DNA of 64,000 nucleotides, from NCBI GenBank assembly GCA_964439935.1, contig CAYTPW010000005.1, positions 71,410-135,409 on the forward strand, in the 5' to 3' direction. The notes below the pieces were generated by a model. That model was not told where the DNA came from. It saw nothing but the letters and a program-made list of their open reading frames with translations, and did not search any database. This stretch comes from an uncultured bacterium (lineage in GTDB: Bacteria > Fidelibacterota > Marinisomatia > Marinisomatales > TCS56). Of the stretch, positions 19,180 to 29,066 are shown piece after piece. A program made the translations under genes and the position numbers. Position 1 is the first letter of the stretch; each line of letters starts with the position of its first letter.

Positions 19180-21828
19180 ATGAATATTAAAGAAATACTG
19201 GTATTACACCATAGCCATCTCGATGTTGGTTATACCCACAGTCAGCCGATTTTATGGGAGTTGCAATCTGAGTTTATCAACCAGGCATTGGAATTACTGG
19301 ATGATACTGCTGATTGGCCGGAAATTTCTCAACCGCGCTGGACCTGTGAAGTAACCGCCCAGGTGGCTAAATGGCTGAAATCAGCAACTCCGGATCAAGT
19401 AGCGCATTTCGCCCGTTATCTCAAATCCGGACGGATCGGTATCTCAGCGATGGAATACAATACAACTCCATTGAATAATGCTGAAGAATTGATCCGGCAC
19501 TTATATCAAGCACAGATGTATCGTGACCGGTTCCAAATACCTATCAGAACCATTAATCAGCATGATGTAAATGGTATGCCCTGGACATTAGTGGACTTAA
19601 TGATTGATGATGGAATAGAATTGTTGATAATGGCAGTTAATTCTCATTTTGGCCAGGCTATTCTAAACCGACCCAATATTTTTCGCTGGGCCGGTCCATC
19701 TGGACGAGAAGTATTAGTTATGAATGGTGCTCATTATACTATGTTCGATCAGATGCTCCAGATCCCTACAAATGATATAAGCGCTATGCGAGCCGGATTG
19801 GATGATTACTTAAGCTATTTAGAACAAAGAGCATATCAGCATGACTTTATCTATCTGACAACGGCTCACGCTCCAGTCAGCTATGATAATTCTTCACCAA
19901 ATCCGGATGTGGCTAAACTGATCCGGCAGTGGAATGATAATAATAATAATCCTCTGATCAGATATGTTACACCGGATATGTTATTATTAAAAATTAAAAC
20001 TATTCCAAAAGAGTCATTGCAAGTACATCGTGGAGATTGGACTGACTATTGGAATTTTGGTTGTGCCAGTACAACGGTCGGAACAGCTCTCAATCAGGGT
20101 ACTAAATCACGGCTATACACAGCTGATTTACTAACTACTCAGCGCTACTTGCCTGAACCGATTATCGAAAATGTTTTGGCACGAGCCTGGAAAAATGTTC
20201 TGCGTTTTAATGAACATACCTGGGGTGCATATAATTCTCTGGAACCAGCTCATCCCCAAGTGCAGACACAATCTCTCTTAAAGGAAACACTGGCGCATCA
20301 GGGGCGTGAATTAGCAGAGTATGCGCTTGTCCATGAATTAGAACATTTGGCGGACAATCCGGCATCTGACTACACCCAGGATGGTATTTTACTGGTTAAT
20401 ACATCCCCATTGGAAAAAAATGAATATATCGCCGTTCCCGATGAATGGTCCATGACAGGTAAACGTCATCGTACCGCCCGGTTCACCTATGCCCAACGTT
20501 ATGACGATTTAAAATCGGCAGCGTTATTTGGACCGATAAAGTTACCGCCTTATAGTTGGAAATTCATCGAGTTCGACGGCTTAAAGCCAGCTAAACCATT
20601 ACCAAGCCTGACCAGCAGCGAAGTTGCAGCAGAGGATTTGGAAGATGACTGGATTAATTCAAAGGGATCCTCGCTCCGTTCACCGGTCAATTCGCTTGAG
20701 TCCAAGTTCTATCGCTTGGAATATAATCCGCGTTCTGGTCGGATTACGCGCTTGTACGACAAGACAAATCAGCGTGAGGTATTAGACACGGATAGTGAGT
20801 GGACTTTTTTCCAAATGGTTCATGAATATGCTGATCCAATGGTTGATAATGATCGGAAAGGCATTTATAACCGCAGCATGGAACTGGAGAAGTATGATCA
20901 TTCATGCTGGAACAGGGAATGGAAATCTTTACACCAGGGAATGGATGAGTTTTCAGGATATAGCATCGAGAAAACAGCCCGGGGAATAACGCTGGTTATA
21001 AAATTTAAGGCATCTGGGATTAAATATCTTAAACAACGGATAACTCTCTTGTCAGCACTGCCGCAGATTGAGTTAGAAGCAGAGTTTTATCTTAAGGATG
21101 TGACCAGTCCTGAAGCATATTATTTTACTTTTCCATTACAGCTGGATTCTGGCTGGCGCTGTCATTTTGATACAGCTGGGCTGCCGGTTGAATTAGATCT
21201 TGATCAATTGGCAGGAGCGTGCAATAGTTGGGTAACCGTGGAAACTTATGCTGCCGTCCATAATAAAGATTATTGTTTTAAACTATTTTGTCCCGACGCA
21301 CCTTTGGTACAAGTCGGTGATTTCAATTTCGGAAAAAAGATAAAACAAATCCCCCGGAATGACAATCCCTTGTTATTGGCATGGCCGGTGAATAATTACT
21401 GGGATACAAACTTCAAGGTTAGCCAGCCGGGGCACATTTCCTTGCGTTATGTATTCTCAACTAGTGATTTCTATAATCCAGCCCAATTATTCGCTGAAGG
21501 CCGGGCGGTGGCAATTCCGCTTGAAATACACCCGGCAATTAATAAACCATCAACAAGTGGTAATCGATTTTTCCATCTGGATGGTGAAGGTTTGCATTTA
21601 ATTCATGCCAAACAAGCTATGAATGGAGACGGACTTATTATCCGAATTATCAACTTAATGGATGAGACTGTGACTGGCAAAATTTGTATTCCCGGTAGAG
21701 ATATTGCATCAGTCAGCCTGACATCACCGACAGAAAAAGATCAGGAGGACATCAATTTGATCAAAGGGATTCTCAAATGCCAATTTCAACCGAAAAGAAT
21801 CATTAGCATGCGGCTGAAGTTTAAATAG
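19180..21828 (+). CDS. GH38-like alpha-mannosidase (cytoplasmic, no signal peptide)
   Basis: HHSHLDVGYT, RWTCE, QHDVNG, FRWAGPSG, RGDWTDYW, FNEHTWG, NNYWDTNF. Confidence 0.85.
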   Translation: MNIKEILVLHHSHLDVGYTHSQPILWELQSEFINQALELLDDTADWPEISQPRWTCEVTAQVAKWLKSATPDQVAHFARYLKSGRIGISAMEYNTTPLNNAEELIRHLYQAQMYRDRFQIPIRTINQHDVNGMPWTLVDLMIDDGIELLIMAVNSHFGQAILNRPNIFRWAGPSGREVLVMNGAHYTMFDQMLQIPTNDISAMRAGLDDYLSYLEQRAYQHDFIYLTTAHAPVSYDNSSPNPDVAKLIRQWNDNNNNPLIRYVTPDMLLLKIKTIPKESLQVHRGDWTDYWNFGCASTTVGTALNQGTKSRLYTADLLTTQRYLPEPIIENVLARAWKNVLRFNEHTWGAYNSLEPAHPQVQTQSLLKETLAHQGRELAEYALVHELEHLADNPASDYTQDGILLVNTSPLEKNEYIAVPDEWSMTGKRHRTARFTYAQRYDDLKSAALFGPIKLPPYSWKFIEFDGLKPAKPLPSLTSSEVAAEDLEDDWINSKGSSLRSPVNSLESKFYRLEYNPRSGRITRLYDKTNQREVLDTDSEWTFFQMVHEYADPMVDNDRKGIYNRSMELEKYDHSCWNREWKSLHQGMDEFSGYSIEKTARGITLVIKFKASGIKYLKQRITLLSALPQIELEAEFYLKDVTSPEAYYFTFPLQLDSGWRCHFDTAGLPVELDLDQLAGACNSWVTVETYAAVHNKDYCFKLFCPDAPLVQVGDFNFGKKIKQIPRNDNPLLLAWPVNNYWDTNFKVSQPGHISLRYVFSTSDFYNPAQLFAEGRAVAIPLEIHPAINKPSTSGNRFFHLDGEGLHLIHAKQAMNGDGLIIRIINLMDETVTGKICIPGRDIASVSLTSPTEKDQEDINLIKGILKCQFQPKRIISMRLKFK

Positions 21829-21840
21829 AATCGCCAGATT

Positions 21841-22875
21841 ATGAATTCAAGGCATAGAATAAACCTGGCTTTGCGCGGTAAGCAACCTGACCGGGTTCCG
21901 GTATGGTGTTTACTAAGTTTGGAGCACATAGTCAAAAACGGGACTTCGGATGGGCGGATTCCGGAGTCGATCGACGAATTCATTGAAGTTGAGTGCCGTT
22001 TAACACAATCTTACAATTTTGATGGAGTGCTAGTGTATTTTCCAGATATCAGGCAGGGCTCAACGATCGGAGACACGATTCGAACCATGATTCAAACGAT
22101 CCCCCAGGGTCGCCAGCTGTCTAAATTTGAAAATACTGATCCGGAATCCTGGGAACCTGTCAGCTGGGATTATTCCAGTGAGGATTATTACAGCAGTCAT
22201 CTGGCACGGGAAATAATTGGAAATGAGTATCATATTGGTGGGTGGACTCCCGACGGTTTCTCCCGGGCTATTCAATGGTTTCCAAGTTTAGAGGAGGCCT
22301 TAATCGCTACCGTCGAGGATGCTGGCCGATTTAAAGCGCTGGTGGAGTATTTTGACGAACAGTCGATCGCATCAGCTTGTGGCCAGATTGAAATTGGAAA
22401 ACTGGAAAGCATCCAAATATCTTCGCCCTATGCAGGATCAGCGTTCATTTCGCTGGCAGCTTATCGTGAATTGGTCTTTTCATCAGTTAATAAATTAGCT
22501 GAAGCCATTCAGGACGTCGGCGGTAGCGCATATCTGCACACTTGCGGTCATATTGCCGATCGACTTGAATTATTTACGGAAACAGGCGTTGATGGAATTG
22601 AATGCATGGATCCGCCGCCGCTGGGTGATGTTACCCTATCCACCGCCAAACAGCTGGTAGGTAACCGGTTATCGCTAAAGGGTAATATTGATTCGGTGAA
22701 TGTTTTGTTACTTGGCAACGATGAATTGGTGGATCAGACTGTATTGGAAACGATTGAATCCGGAAAACCGCACGGTGGTTATATTCTTAGTACAGCCTGC
22801 TCGGTAGCTCAGGATGTAAAACCGGAGCGGATAAGACACCTGGCTGAAATGGTGGAGCAATTTGGTCATTATTGA
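21841..22875 (+). CDS. uroporphyrinogen decarboxylase / MtaA-CmuA family methylcobalamin methyltransferase-like protein
   Basis: MNSRHRI..PDRVPV start, LHTCG, DPPPLGD, LKGNID, GYILSTAC (H-x-C...C zinc ligands); adjacent corrinoid protein. Confidence 0.85.
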   Translation: MNSRHRINLALRGKQPDRVPVWCLLSLEHIVKNGTSDGRIPESIDEFIEVECRLTQSYNFDGVLVYFPDIRQGSTIGDTIRTMIQTIPQGRQLSKFENTDPESWEPVSWDYSSEDYYSSHLAREIIGNEYHIGGWTPDGFSRAIQWFPSLEEALIATVEDAGRFKALVEYFDEQSIASACGQIEIGKLESIQISSPYAGSAFISLAAYRELVFSSVNKLAEAIQDVGGSAYLHTCGHIADRLELFTETGVDGIECMDPPPLGDVTLSTAKQLVGNRLSLKGNIDSVNVLLLGNDELVDQTVLETIESGKPHGGYILSTACSVAQDVKPERIRHLAEMVEQFGHY

Positions 22876-22945
22876 ACAGTAGGTTAGCGCAATTCCGCAG
22901 GGGAATAATAATACGTATTAAATTACTAGGAAGATCAGGAAGGAT

Positions 22946-23575
22946 ATGGAAGTATTAAAGATTATTGCAGAAAAATTAATTGCCGGGAAAGCAGATGAGG
23001 TGGTTGAACTGATCAACGAAGCACTGGGTGATGGATTAAAAGCGGACATAATTCTGAATAGCGGATTGTTGGAGGGCATGGCTGTGATTGGAAAAAGATT
23101 CAAGGAAGGATCAGTTTATATTCCGGAAGTCTTAATTGCTGCTCGAGCCATGAACCGCGGCTTGGAAATCCTTGATCCCCTGTTGGCTGAAGAGGGAGCG
23201 GAGCCTATAGGTACTCTATTAATTGGTACAGTTCAAGGCGATTTGCATGACATAGGAAAGAACCTGGTCAGCATTCTATTTCGTGGTGCCGGATTTCAGA
23301 TTATCGATCTGGGTACTAATATTACTCCAACAGTATTCGTTGATAAGGCCCTGGAACATAAACCGGATGTGATCGGATTATCAGCCTTACTGACTACAAC
23401 AATGATAAATATGGGTGCCACGATCAAGGCTTTGCGGGAAAAGCAGATAATGACACCGGTTATCGTTGGTGGGGCTCCCTTGACTCAGGAATTTGCTGAA
23501 TCGATCAATGCTGATATATTTGCTTCCTCCGCATCCGATGGTGTTGAAAAAGTAGTTGACCTCCTATCACAATAA
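22946..23575 (+). CDS. methyltransferase cognate corrinoid (cobalamin-binding) protein
   Basis: Cap domain plus GTVQGDLHDIGKN (DxHxxG), LSALLTTT, VGGAP. Confidence 0.93.
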   Translation: MEVLKIIAEKLIAGKADEVVELINEALGDGLKADIILNSGLLEGMAVIGKRFKEGSVYIPEVLIAARAMNRGLEILDPLLAEEGAEPIGTLLIGTVQGDLHDIGKNLVSILFRGAGFQIIDLGTNITPTVFVDKALEHKPDVIGLSALLTTTMINMGATIKALREKQIMTPVIVGGAPLTQEFAESINADIFASSASDGVEKVVDLLSQ

Positions 23576-23612
23576 TGAATGCAGGTCAACCCAATCCGAT
23601 GATTTAATTCCA

Positions 23613-24443
23613 ATGTTCATTCTCGCTCAGATACAAATGTTGATTGCATGCGGTGACAAACAGGCCAATCTCAGCCATGCGGCAGAACTGATCGCGAAAG
23701 CAGCTGGATCCGGAGCAGATTTGATTTTGTTACCGGAGGCAATGAATCTGGGCTGGACTTCTCCCCGAGCAAGATTGGATGCTGATTCAATCCCGGAGGG
23801 GGAAACACCGAAAATGTTGATCGAGGCTGCTCGAAAATATGAATTATATATTTGCTCAGGATTGGTGGAAAAGGCAGGTGATCAAGTATTTAATTCGGCA
23901 ATTCTAATATCACCCGAAGGCAATATCATTTTAAAACATCGTAAGTTGAATGAGTTGGATATCGGGCACGAATTCTATGACCAGGGTGACCGATTGAATG
24001 TATGTGATACCGAGTTGGGCAGATTAGGGCTAATGATTTGTTCCGATGCATTTGCCAATGATAAAGTACTTAGTCAAGCTTTGGGCTATATGGGCGCGGA
24101 TGTAATTCTATCACCAAATTCCTGGGCTGTTCCTGCGGATTATGATAATAGCAAGGAACCTTGTGGGAAATTATGGTTTGATCATTACCATTCCGTTGCT
24201 GAAAAATTTGCACTTTGGATCGCAGGCGTCAGTAATGTCGGATTAATAACGGCCGGCCCATGGGTAGGTAAGCACTGTATAGGCAACTCGCTGGTAATCG
24301 GGCCGAATGGTGAACTGGCAAACGAAGGTCCCTTTGGTGTGGATGCCGAATCAATTCTTTATACACGCGTTAAGCCGGTGGCTCGGCCTGCACGCGGCTG
24401 TTCCTGGGAAAGTTACTGGGATGAGAAAAATTTTAGCAACTGA
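23613..24443 (+). CDS. carbon-nitrogen hydrolase (nitrilase superfamily)
   Basis: Likely ATG 23613; catalytic triad in LPE, HRK and ICSD. Confidence 0.88.
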   Translation: MFILAQIQMLIACGDKQANLSHAAELIAKAAGSGADLILLPEAMNLGWTSPRARLDADSIPEGETPKMLIEAARKYELYICSGLVEKAGDQVFNSAILISPEGNIILKHRKLNELDIGHEFYDQGDRLNVCDTELGRLGLMICSDAFANDKVLSQALGYMGADVILSPNSWAVPADYDNSKEPCGKLWFDHYHSVAEKFALWIAGVSNVGLITAGPWVGKHCIGNSLVIGPNGELANEGPFGVDAESILYTRVKPVARPARGCSWESYWDEKNFSN

Positions 24444-24526
24444 TCTATAAATCGGATGAATGATCTTTATGTTCCCCGGTGACAGAAAGATCCATTTAAT
24501 GATGGGCCGTTGATTATAAACGTTTG

Positions 24527-27500
24527 CTACAGGGAACGATAATACAGATCGATCAATTCCCTGACTTTATCAGCAATGGCGGACTGTTTAAAAGGTTTAT
24601 ACAGGAAATCAGTTCCTTTAGCATATGGTAGATCGGTAAAAGCTGTACCGGAGGTATACCCGGTAATGAAAAGGAAATTGACTTTATTATTCATGGCCCT
24701 AATATTTTCGAATAATTCGATACCACCAATCGATGGCATTACAATATCCGTAATAACCAATTTTATGATCGATTGATTTTCTTTATAGATATTCAAACCT
24801 TCCGAGCCGTTTCTGGCACACAGGACGTTGTAGCCAAAAGATTCCAGCAAGTCATGCGTGACTTCGATTATATCTTGATCATCTTCCACTAGAAGAATCG
24901 TTTCCGACCCAGCCAGGGGTTTCATCTCAATCAGAGCCAAATCCCTGGCGCGTTCCGCTTCCTGGCTGGAGATAAAATAGAGATTGAAGGTCGTACCCTT
25001 ACCGGTTTCCGATTCAAAGTTTATGGTTCCTTTATGTTGTTGCATAATACCGAAGACCATCGCCAGTCCAAGACCAGAACCTTCATTGACCTTTTTAGTG
25101 GTAAAAAATGGCTCAAATATCTGATCACGAATATCAGTATCTATGCCATGCCCAGTATCATTGATAGATAATTTTACATATTCACCGTGTTGACTCAGAT
25201 TTAATTTCCGGGCAGTTTCTTCATCAATAGTAATATTTGATGTTGTCAAACTGATAATACCACCATCGGTCATTGCATCACGGGCATTCAGACAAAGATT
25301 GGTAATAATCTGATCCAGGGCTCCCTGATCAGCGTGAATGGGATTGATATCAGCGGATAGATTCACCCTCAATTCAATATGTTCACCAAGTATATTATTC
25401 AGAAATTTCATCGAATCGGTAATCACCATATTTATATCGGTTGGTGAATATTCCAGAATCTGTTGCCGGCTGAAAGCCAGTAATTGCTTAACGAGGCGTG
25501 CCGCTTTTTCGCTGCGTTCAAGTATTTTATTTAAAAAGTCAGTTGTAACACTATTTAAACCGGGCTGTGACAGAGCTAATTCGGCGTAGCCCATAATACC
25601 ACCCAGTTTGTTATTGAAATCATGAGCAACACCACCGGCTAACTGTCCGACCGCTTCCATTTTTTGAGCCTGTCTGAGTTGTGCTTCCAGTTCTTTTCGA
25701 TCCTCCTCAGCTTTTTTCGCTGCCGTTAAATCTCTTGTTATGGATAAGATGTGTTTCTCATCATTAAACATAATGATTTTAGCCGACATTAATCCGATAT
25801 GTTTAGTACCTGCTTTATCGACAAATTCGGTCTCGAGGTTATTTACCACACCATTTGATCGCAGTTGATTAAACAGCTCATCGCGTTTTGCGGGATCAGC
25901 CCAGATATTTGTTTTGATCGATGAATGGCCGATAATTTCCTCGCGCGTAAAACCTATAATATCTGTAAATCCCTCATTAACGTCAATATACACTCCATCG
26001 CTCATGCGATTTATTACAATTGCATCAGGACTGGTTTGAAAGGCTGTCCGGAATTTTTCTTCGCTGTCTTGGATTTTCTCGAGCGCTTTTTTACGATCTG
26101 TTATATCCCTTACTAATGCGCAATTAAATTCATGACCTTCGTATGTTAGATAATTGAGGGCAATCTCAACTGGAATGAAACGACCTTGTTTCGTTTTGTG
26201 TATCGACTCGATGATAAAGTTTTTTTTGGAAATGACTTCCTGCCAGTGCGCCTCCCAGGTTGATTCGGGGAAATTTGGATCGATATCATGTACCGTCATG
26301 TTCATTAATTCAGCGCGAGAATAGCTCAATCTTTCACAGGCAGTATTGTTAACATAAATTATTTTGGCATCGGGTCCCATCCAGAACACCGAATCAAATG
26401 AATGATCAGTTACAACTTGGGTTAGTGTTAGTTTCTTTTCCGTGCTCTTGCGTTCCACAATTTCAGCTCGGAGGGCATCGAACAAATTGGCATTTTTTAT
26501 GGCAATCGAAGCATAGGATGCAAATGTTTCCGCAAGTCCTAGATCTTCTTCGGTAAATTTTCTGACTAATCGATTAATTGTCAGCGCACCTAATACAGTA
26601 TCATCACTGATTAACGGCGATACTACTAAATGTTCAGGTTCGTTTTCAGGCGTGCCTGGAATCTGGTAGGCTGATTGCTGTTCACCAGCATTGTTGAATA
26701 TCATGCCTCTCTTCGATTGGACCGCTTTACCGGTTAAACTGGAACTAACTTCTACGACTGTCGATAATATTTCCTTGTCATATTGTGGGTCGATACAAAT
26801 AATTGGCTGCAACATGTTAGCGTCATCATCAATGATGTATATAGTGACACCATAGCAGTCCAGCAAGGTCTTGGCCTGGACAGCGATCTCATTTAGAACG
26901 ATGTTGGTATCCAGTGATGATGTAAGCTTGCGCGCCACGTCAAGTAATTTTTTCTGTTGATTCGTTTTCTGAAGTAACGATTCTTCTACTAGCTGTCGCT
27001 GGAGGGCAATTCCTGACTGGTGGATAAAGGCATTAATCAAATTAAAATCTTTAATTTGATTGTCATTTCGGATTATTACCAATCCTGATGCCAGCAGTTT
27101 ACCATTCAAATTGAAGCCAACTGAGTACATATCAGTTATTTGAATGCTTTTTTCTATCACCGCAGCTATTTTCGGGGATAATACGCCGCCGCTGATGTCA
27201 TGCAATCCTATATAGTTAGGGACTAACTCACCTTTTGCCAATATTTCTTCTGCCCCAGATCGATACGGGACTTGCATCCCGATCGGATTCTTTCCGATAA
27301 TATTAGTATAGTACTGGATAGGTTTAGGGATACCGGAAATAGACCTTATTGTAAATGAGTGAGAACTCGAATCATAAGAATTGATTACTACAATCGATCC
27401 AGGAATCAACGATTTCAATTGATCGCCGATGTACCGATAAATTTTATTTGCCTCGCCTGACATAAAATCAACTGCCGTCAGTGATAAAAATGCCAGGTCG

Positions 27501-27904
27501 GATGTGATTTCAGATAGATTAACCGGAATCTCCTGTTTACTGCTGATATCCCTGAATATACCGGTTACACCCTGTTGATTATCATTTGGTTCAAGCTCGA
27601 TCTGGAGCAATTTAGTATTGAATTTCAATTCAAAGACAGCGATTGACTCCCCAGCCTGAGCTCGAGATATTTTGTCCTGAATAAGTATCAAATCATCCGG
27701 TTCAAGCAGGTGCTTTGCATGATCCAGAAGACCTGATCCGAGTTTTTTTTCCAAAAGACCAGTTAACTCATAAAAGGTCTTGTTGGCCTGGATTATTCTA
27801 TCCTTTCTGTCGATGAAGACAAATCCACAATCAACGCCATTCAACATAGAATTGTGGTTAGCTGTTTTCCGTTCCGGTTGATTGACTTGATTAAAGTCAA
27901 CCAT
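24527..27904 (-). CDS. hybrid sensor histidine kinase (PAS-GAF-PAS-PAS-HisKA-HATPase-REC), cytoplasmic
   Basis: QKMEAVGQLAGGVAHDFNN H-box, NLCLNARDAM, DTGHG, FEPFFTTK, GSGLGL, receiver VEDD..TDIVMP..KPF. Confidence 0.93.
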   Translation of the reverse strand: MVDFNQVNQPERKTANHNSMLNGVDCGFVFIDRKDRIIQANKTFYELTGLLEKKLGSGLLDHAKHLLEPDDLILIQDKISRAQAGESIAVFELKFNTKLLQIELEPNDNQQGVTGIFRDISSKQEIPVNLSEITSDLAFLSLTAVDFMSGEANKIYRYIGDQLKSLIPGSIVVINSYDSSSHSFTIRSISGIPKPIQYYTNIIGKNPIGMQVPYRSGAEEILAKGELVPNYIGLHDISGGVLSPKIAAVIEKSIQITDMYSVGFNLNGKLLASGLVIIRNDNQIKDFNLINAFIHQSGIALQRQLVEESLLQKTNQQKKLLDVARKLTSSLDTNIVLNEIAVQAKTLLDCYGVTIYIIDDDANMLQPIICIDPQYDKEILSTVVEVSSSLTGKAVQSKRGMIFNNAGEQQSAYQIPGTPENEPEHLVVSPLISDDTVLGALTINRLVRKFTEEDLGLAETFASYASIAIKNANLFDALRAEIVERKSTEKKLTLTQVVTDHSFDSVFWMGPDAKIIYVNNTACERLSYSRAELMNMTVHDIDPNFPESTWEAHWQEVISKKNFIIESIHKTKQGRFIPVEIALNYLTYEGHEFNCALVRDITDRKKALEKIQDSEEKFRTAFQTSPDAIVINRMSDGVYIDVNEGFTDIIGFTREEIIGHSSIKTNIWADPAKRDELFNQLRSNGVVNNLETEFVDKAGTKHIGLMSAKIIMFNDEKHILSITRDLTAAKKAEEDRKELEAQLRQAQKMEAVGQLAGGVAHDFNNKLGGIMGYAELALSQPGLNSVTTDFLNKILERSEKAARLVKQLLAFSRQQILEYSPTDINMVITDSMKFLNNILGEHIELRVNLSADINPIHADQGALDQIITNLCLNARDAMTDGGIISLTTSNITIDEETARKLNLSQHGEYVKLSINDTGHGIDTDIRDQIFEPFFTTKKVNEGSGLGLAMVFGIMQQHKGTINFESETGKGTTFNLYFISSQEAERARDLALIEMKPLAGSETILLVEDDQDIIEVTHDLLESFGYNVLCARNGSEGLNIYKENQSIIKLVITDIVMPSIGGIELFENIRAMNNKVNFLFITGYTSGTAFTDLPYAKGTDFLYKPFKQSAIADKVRELIDLYYRSL

Positions 27905-28072
27905 TAGGTTTTCCCAGAAAGCTATTATCCTGAAATCCGGTGTAAATTTTTCTCATATAATTGATTGCGGAGTTAGGTACTATTCGTGATTTAGCTGAGT
28001 ATAATCAGCAGTTGGCAAAATTATTATTTCTGTTTTCAATATCCGATATTGGTGCTTTATCTAACAACTACA

Positions 28073-28089
28073 TGCAAATTTCGGACCAA
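28073..28089 (-). promoter_or_regulatory. sigma54 (RpoN) -24/-12 promoter for the hybrid kinase
   Basis: Minus strand TTGGTCCGAAATTTGCA = GG-N10-GC with TTGCA. Confidence 0.6.
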
Positions 28090-28158
28090 TGATATTATAG
28101 TTCAGTCATTAAAATAGAATTCTGTAGATAGGAGTAAGTTAGTTAAAAGCACTTGCTT

Positions 28159-28171
28159 TAATCAGTTGATA
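28159..28171 (-). promoter_or_regulatory. IHF-binding-site consensus
   Basis: Minus strand TATCAACTGATTA matches WATCAANNNNTTR exactly, ~70 bp upstream of the sigma54 motif. Confidence 0.5.
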
Positions 28172-28401
28172 AATAGTGATTAAACAGATCAATTAACTCA
28201 GTGGTTAGTACATTCGCCGATCTTCGAATCTTTTAATAATAGTACTTTCAGGAAAATATTACCACAGTGGGTATGTAAAATATCCCAATGCAGTGAATTG
28301 AGTAATTATTTTTTCAAGATTTGTAATAAATCCAGGATAAAACTGCCCGGTTAAATTTGGATTTTTGGAACTTTATTTATTCCTATTGATGTAATTTATA
28401 T

Positions 28402-28473
28402 TGGCAGGGATAATTTCCTCACAAACTGACCGTATCTGGTAAGTTCGTCGAAAACCCACAACTATCCCTGCCA
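28402..28473 (-). ncRNA. candidate structured RNA (long imperfect hairpin), unassigned
   Basis: TGGCAGGGATA...TATCCCTGCCA terminal stem. Inner stems pair only through G-U wobbles on the minus strand. Confidence 0.35.
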
Positions 28474-28532
28474 TTTATTTCTATTTATCCCAAGTACAGA
28501 AATGAATCAGAAGAATTTCTTAAATTATTCCT

Positions 28533-29057
28533 ATGCTCAATGGCATGAAGATAATCATATATTTAAAATTGGCACTGATCAGTACCATGCTGATGAGCAT
28601 CTGTTTTGCAGAACGATGGGATATTACGCTACAGGATAACGTAGAGTACTCTAATATCAACCGAGCCTGGATAGTCGGTGCTAGTCTGTTTGTAGTTATT
28701 GATAAAGATTTTAATCCTGTGAATATTGCTGATATAAAATCGATAAAACAATATCGGCAGGTGAAAACTGGATTTAACCGTCGGCGAGCCTGGTCACACA
28801 CTCAGATTTATGGAATTGTTGGCGCTTTGGTCGGTGTATTGGTTGGTACCAGCGGTTCTGATGATCAAGCAGTTAAAATGCAGCAGGGTATAAAGATATC
28901 ACTGATTTCAGGTTTACTGGCCGGTGGTACCGGATTCGTTGTGGGGGGCATCAAGGGAAGGAAACGTACACGAGTTGTATATCATGACTTAAGCGAATTG
29001 TCTCCGAAGAAAAAGATGGGTAAAATTCGTTACTTATTGGAGAATGCTTCAAAATAG
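28533..29057 (+). CDS. hypothetical exported/membrane protein with glycine-zipper-like helices
   Basis: Signal peptide (ICFA), two Gly-rich hydrophobic segments GIVGALVGVLVG and GLLAGGTGFVVGG. Confidence 0.6.
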   Translation: MLNGMKIIIYLKLALISTMLMSICFAERWDITLQDNVEYSNINRAWIVGASLFVVIDKDFNPVNIADIKSIKQYRQVKTGFNRRRAWSHTQIYGIVGALVGVLVGTSGSDDQAVKMQQGIKISLISGLLAGGTGFVVGGIKGRKRTRVVYHDLSELSPKKKMGKIRYLLENASK

Positions 29058-29066
29058 TCTAAAGAT

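Noticed and set aside
21841-22875. Calling this gene hemE
   Set aside because: It has H-x-C...C zinc ligands and a neighbouring corrinoid protein, lacks the HemE RQAGR motif, and has no heme genes nearby.
24421-27956. 13-bp inverted repeat (ATGAGAAAAATTT) flanking the hybrid kinase gene, as mobile-element ends
   Set aside because: AT-rich and short; one copy lies inside the nitrilase CDS; no transposase or target duplication. Likely chance.
28402-28473. Hairpin as SRP RNA, tRNA, c-di-GMP riboswitch or integron attC
   Set aside because: Lacks the SRP domain IV motif, a cloverleaf, GEMM motifs and RYYYAAC/GTTRRRY core sites; kept only as an unassigned candidate.
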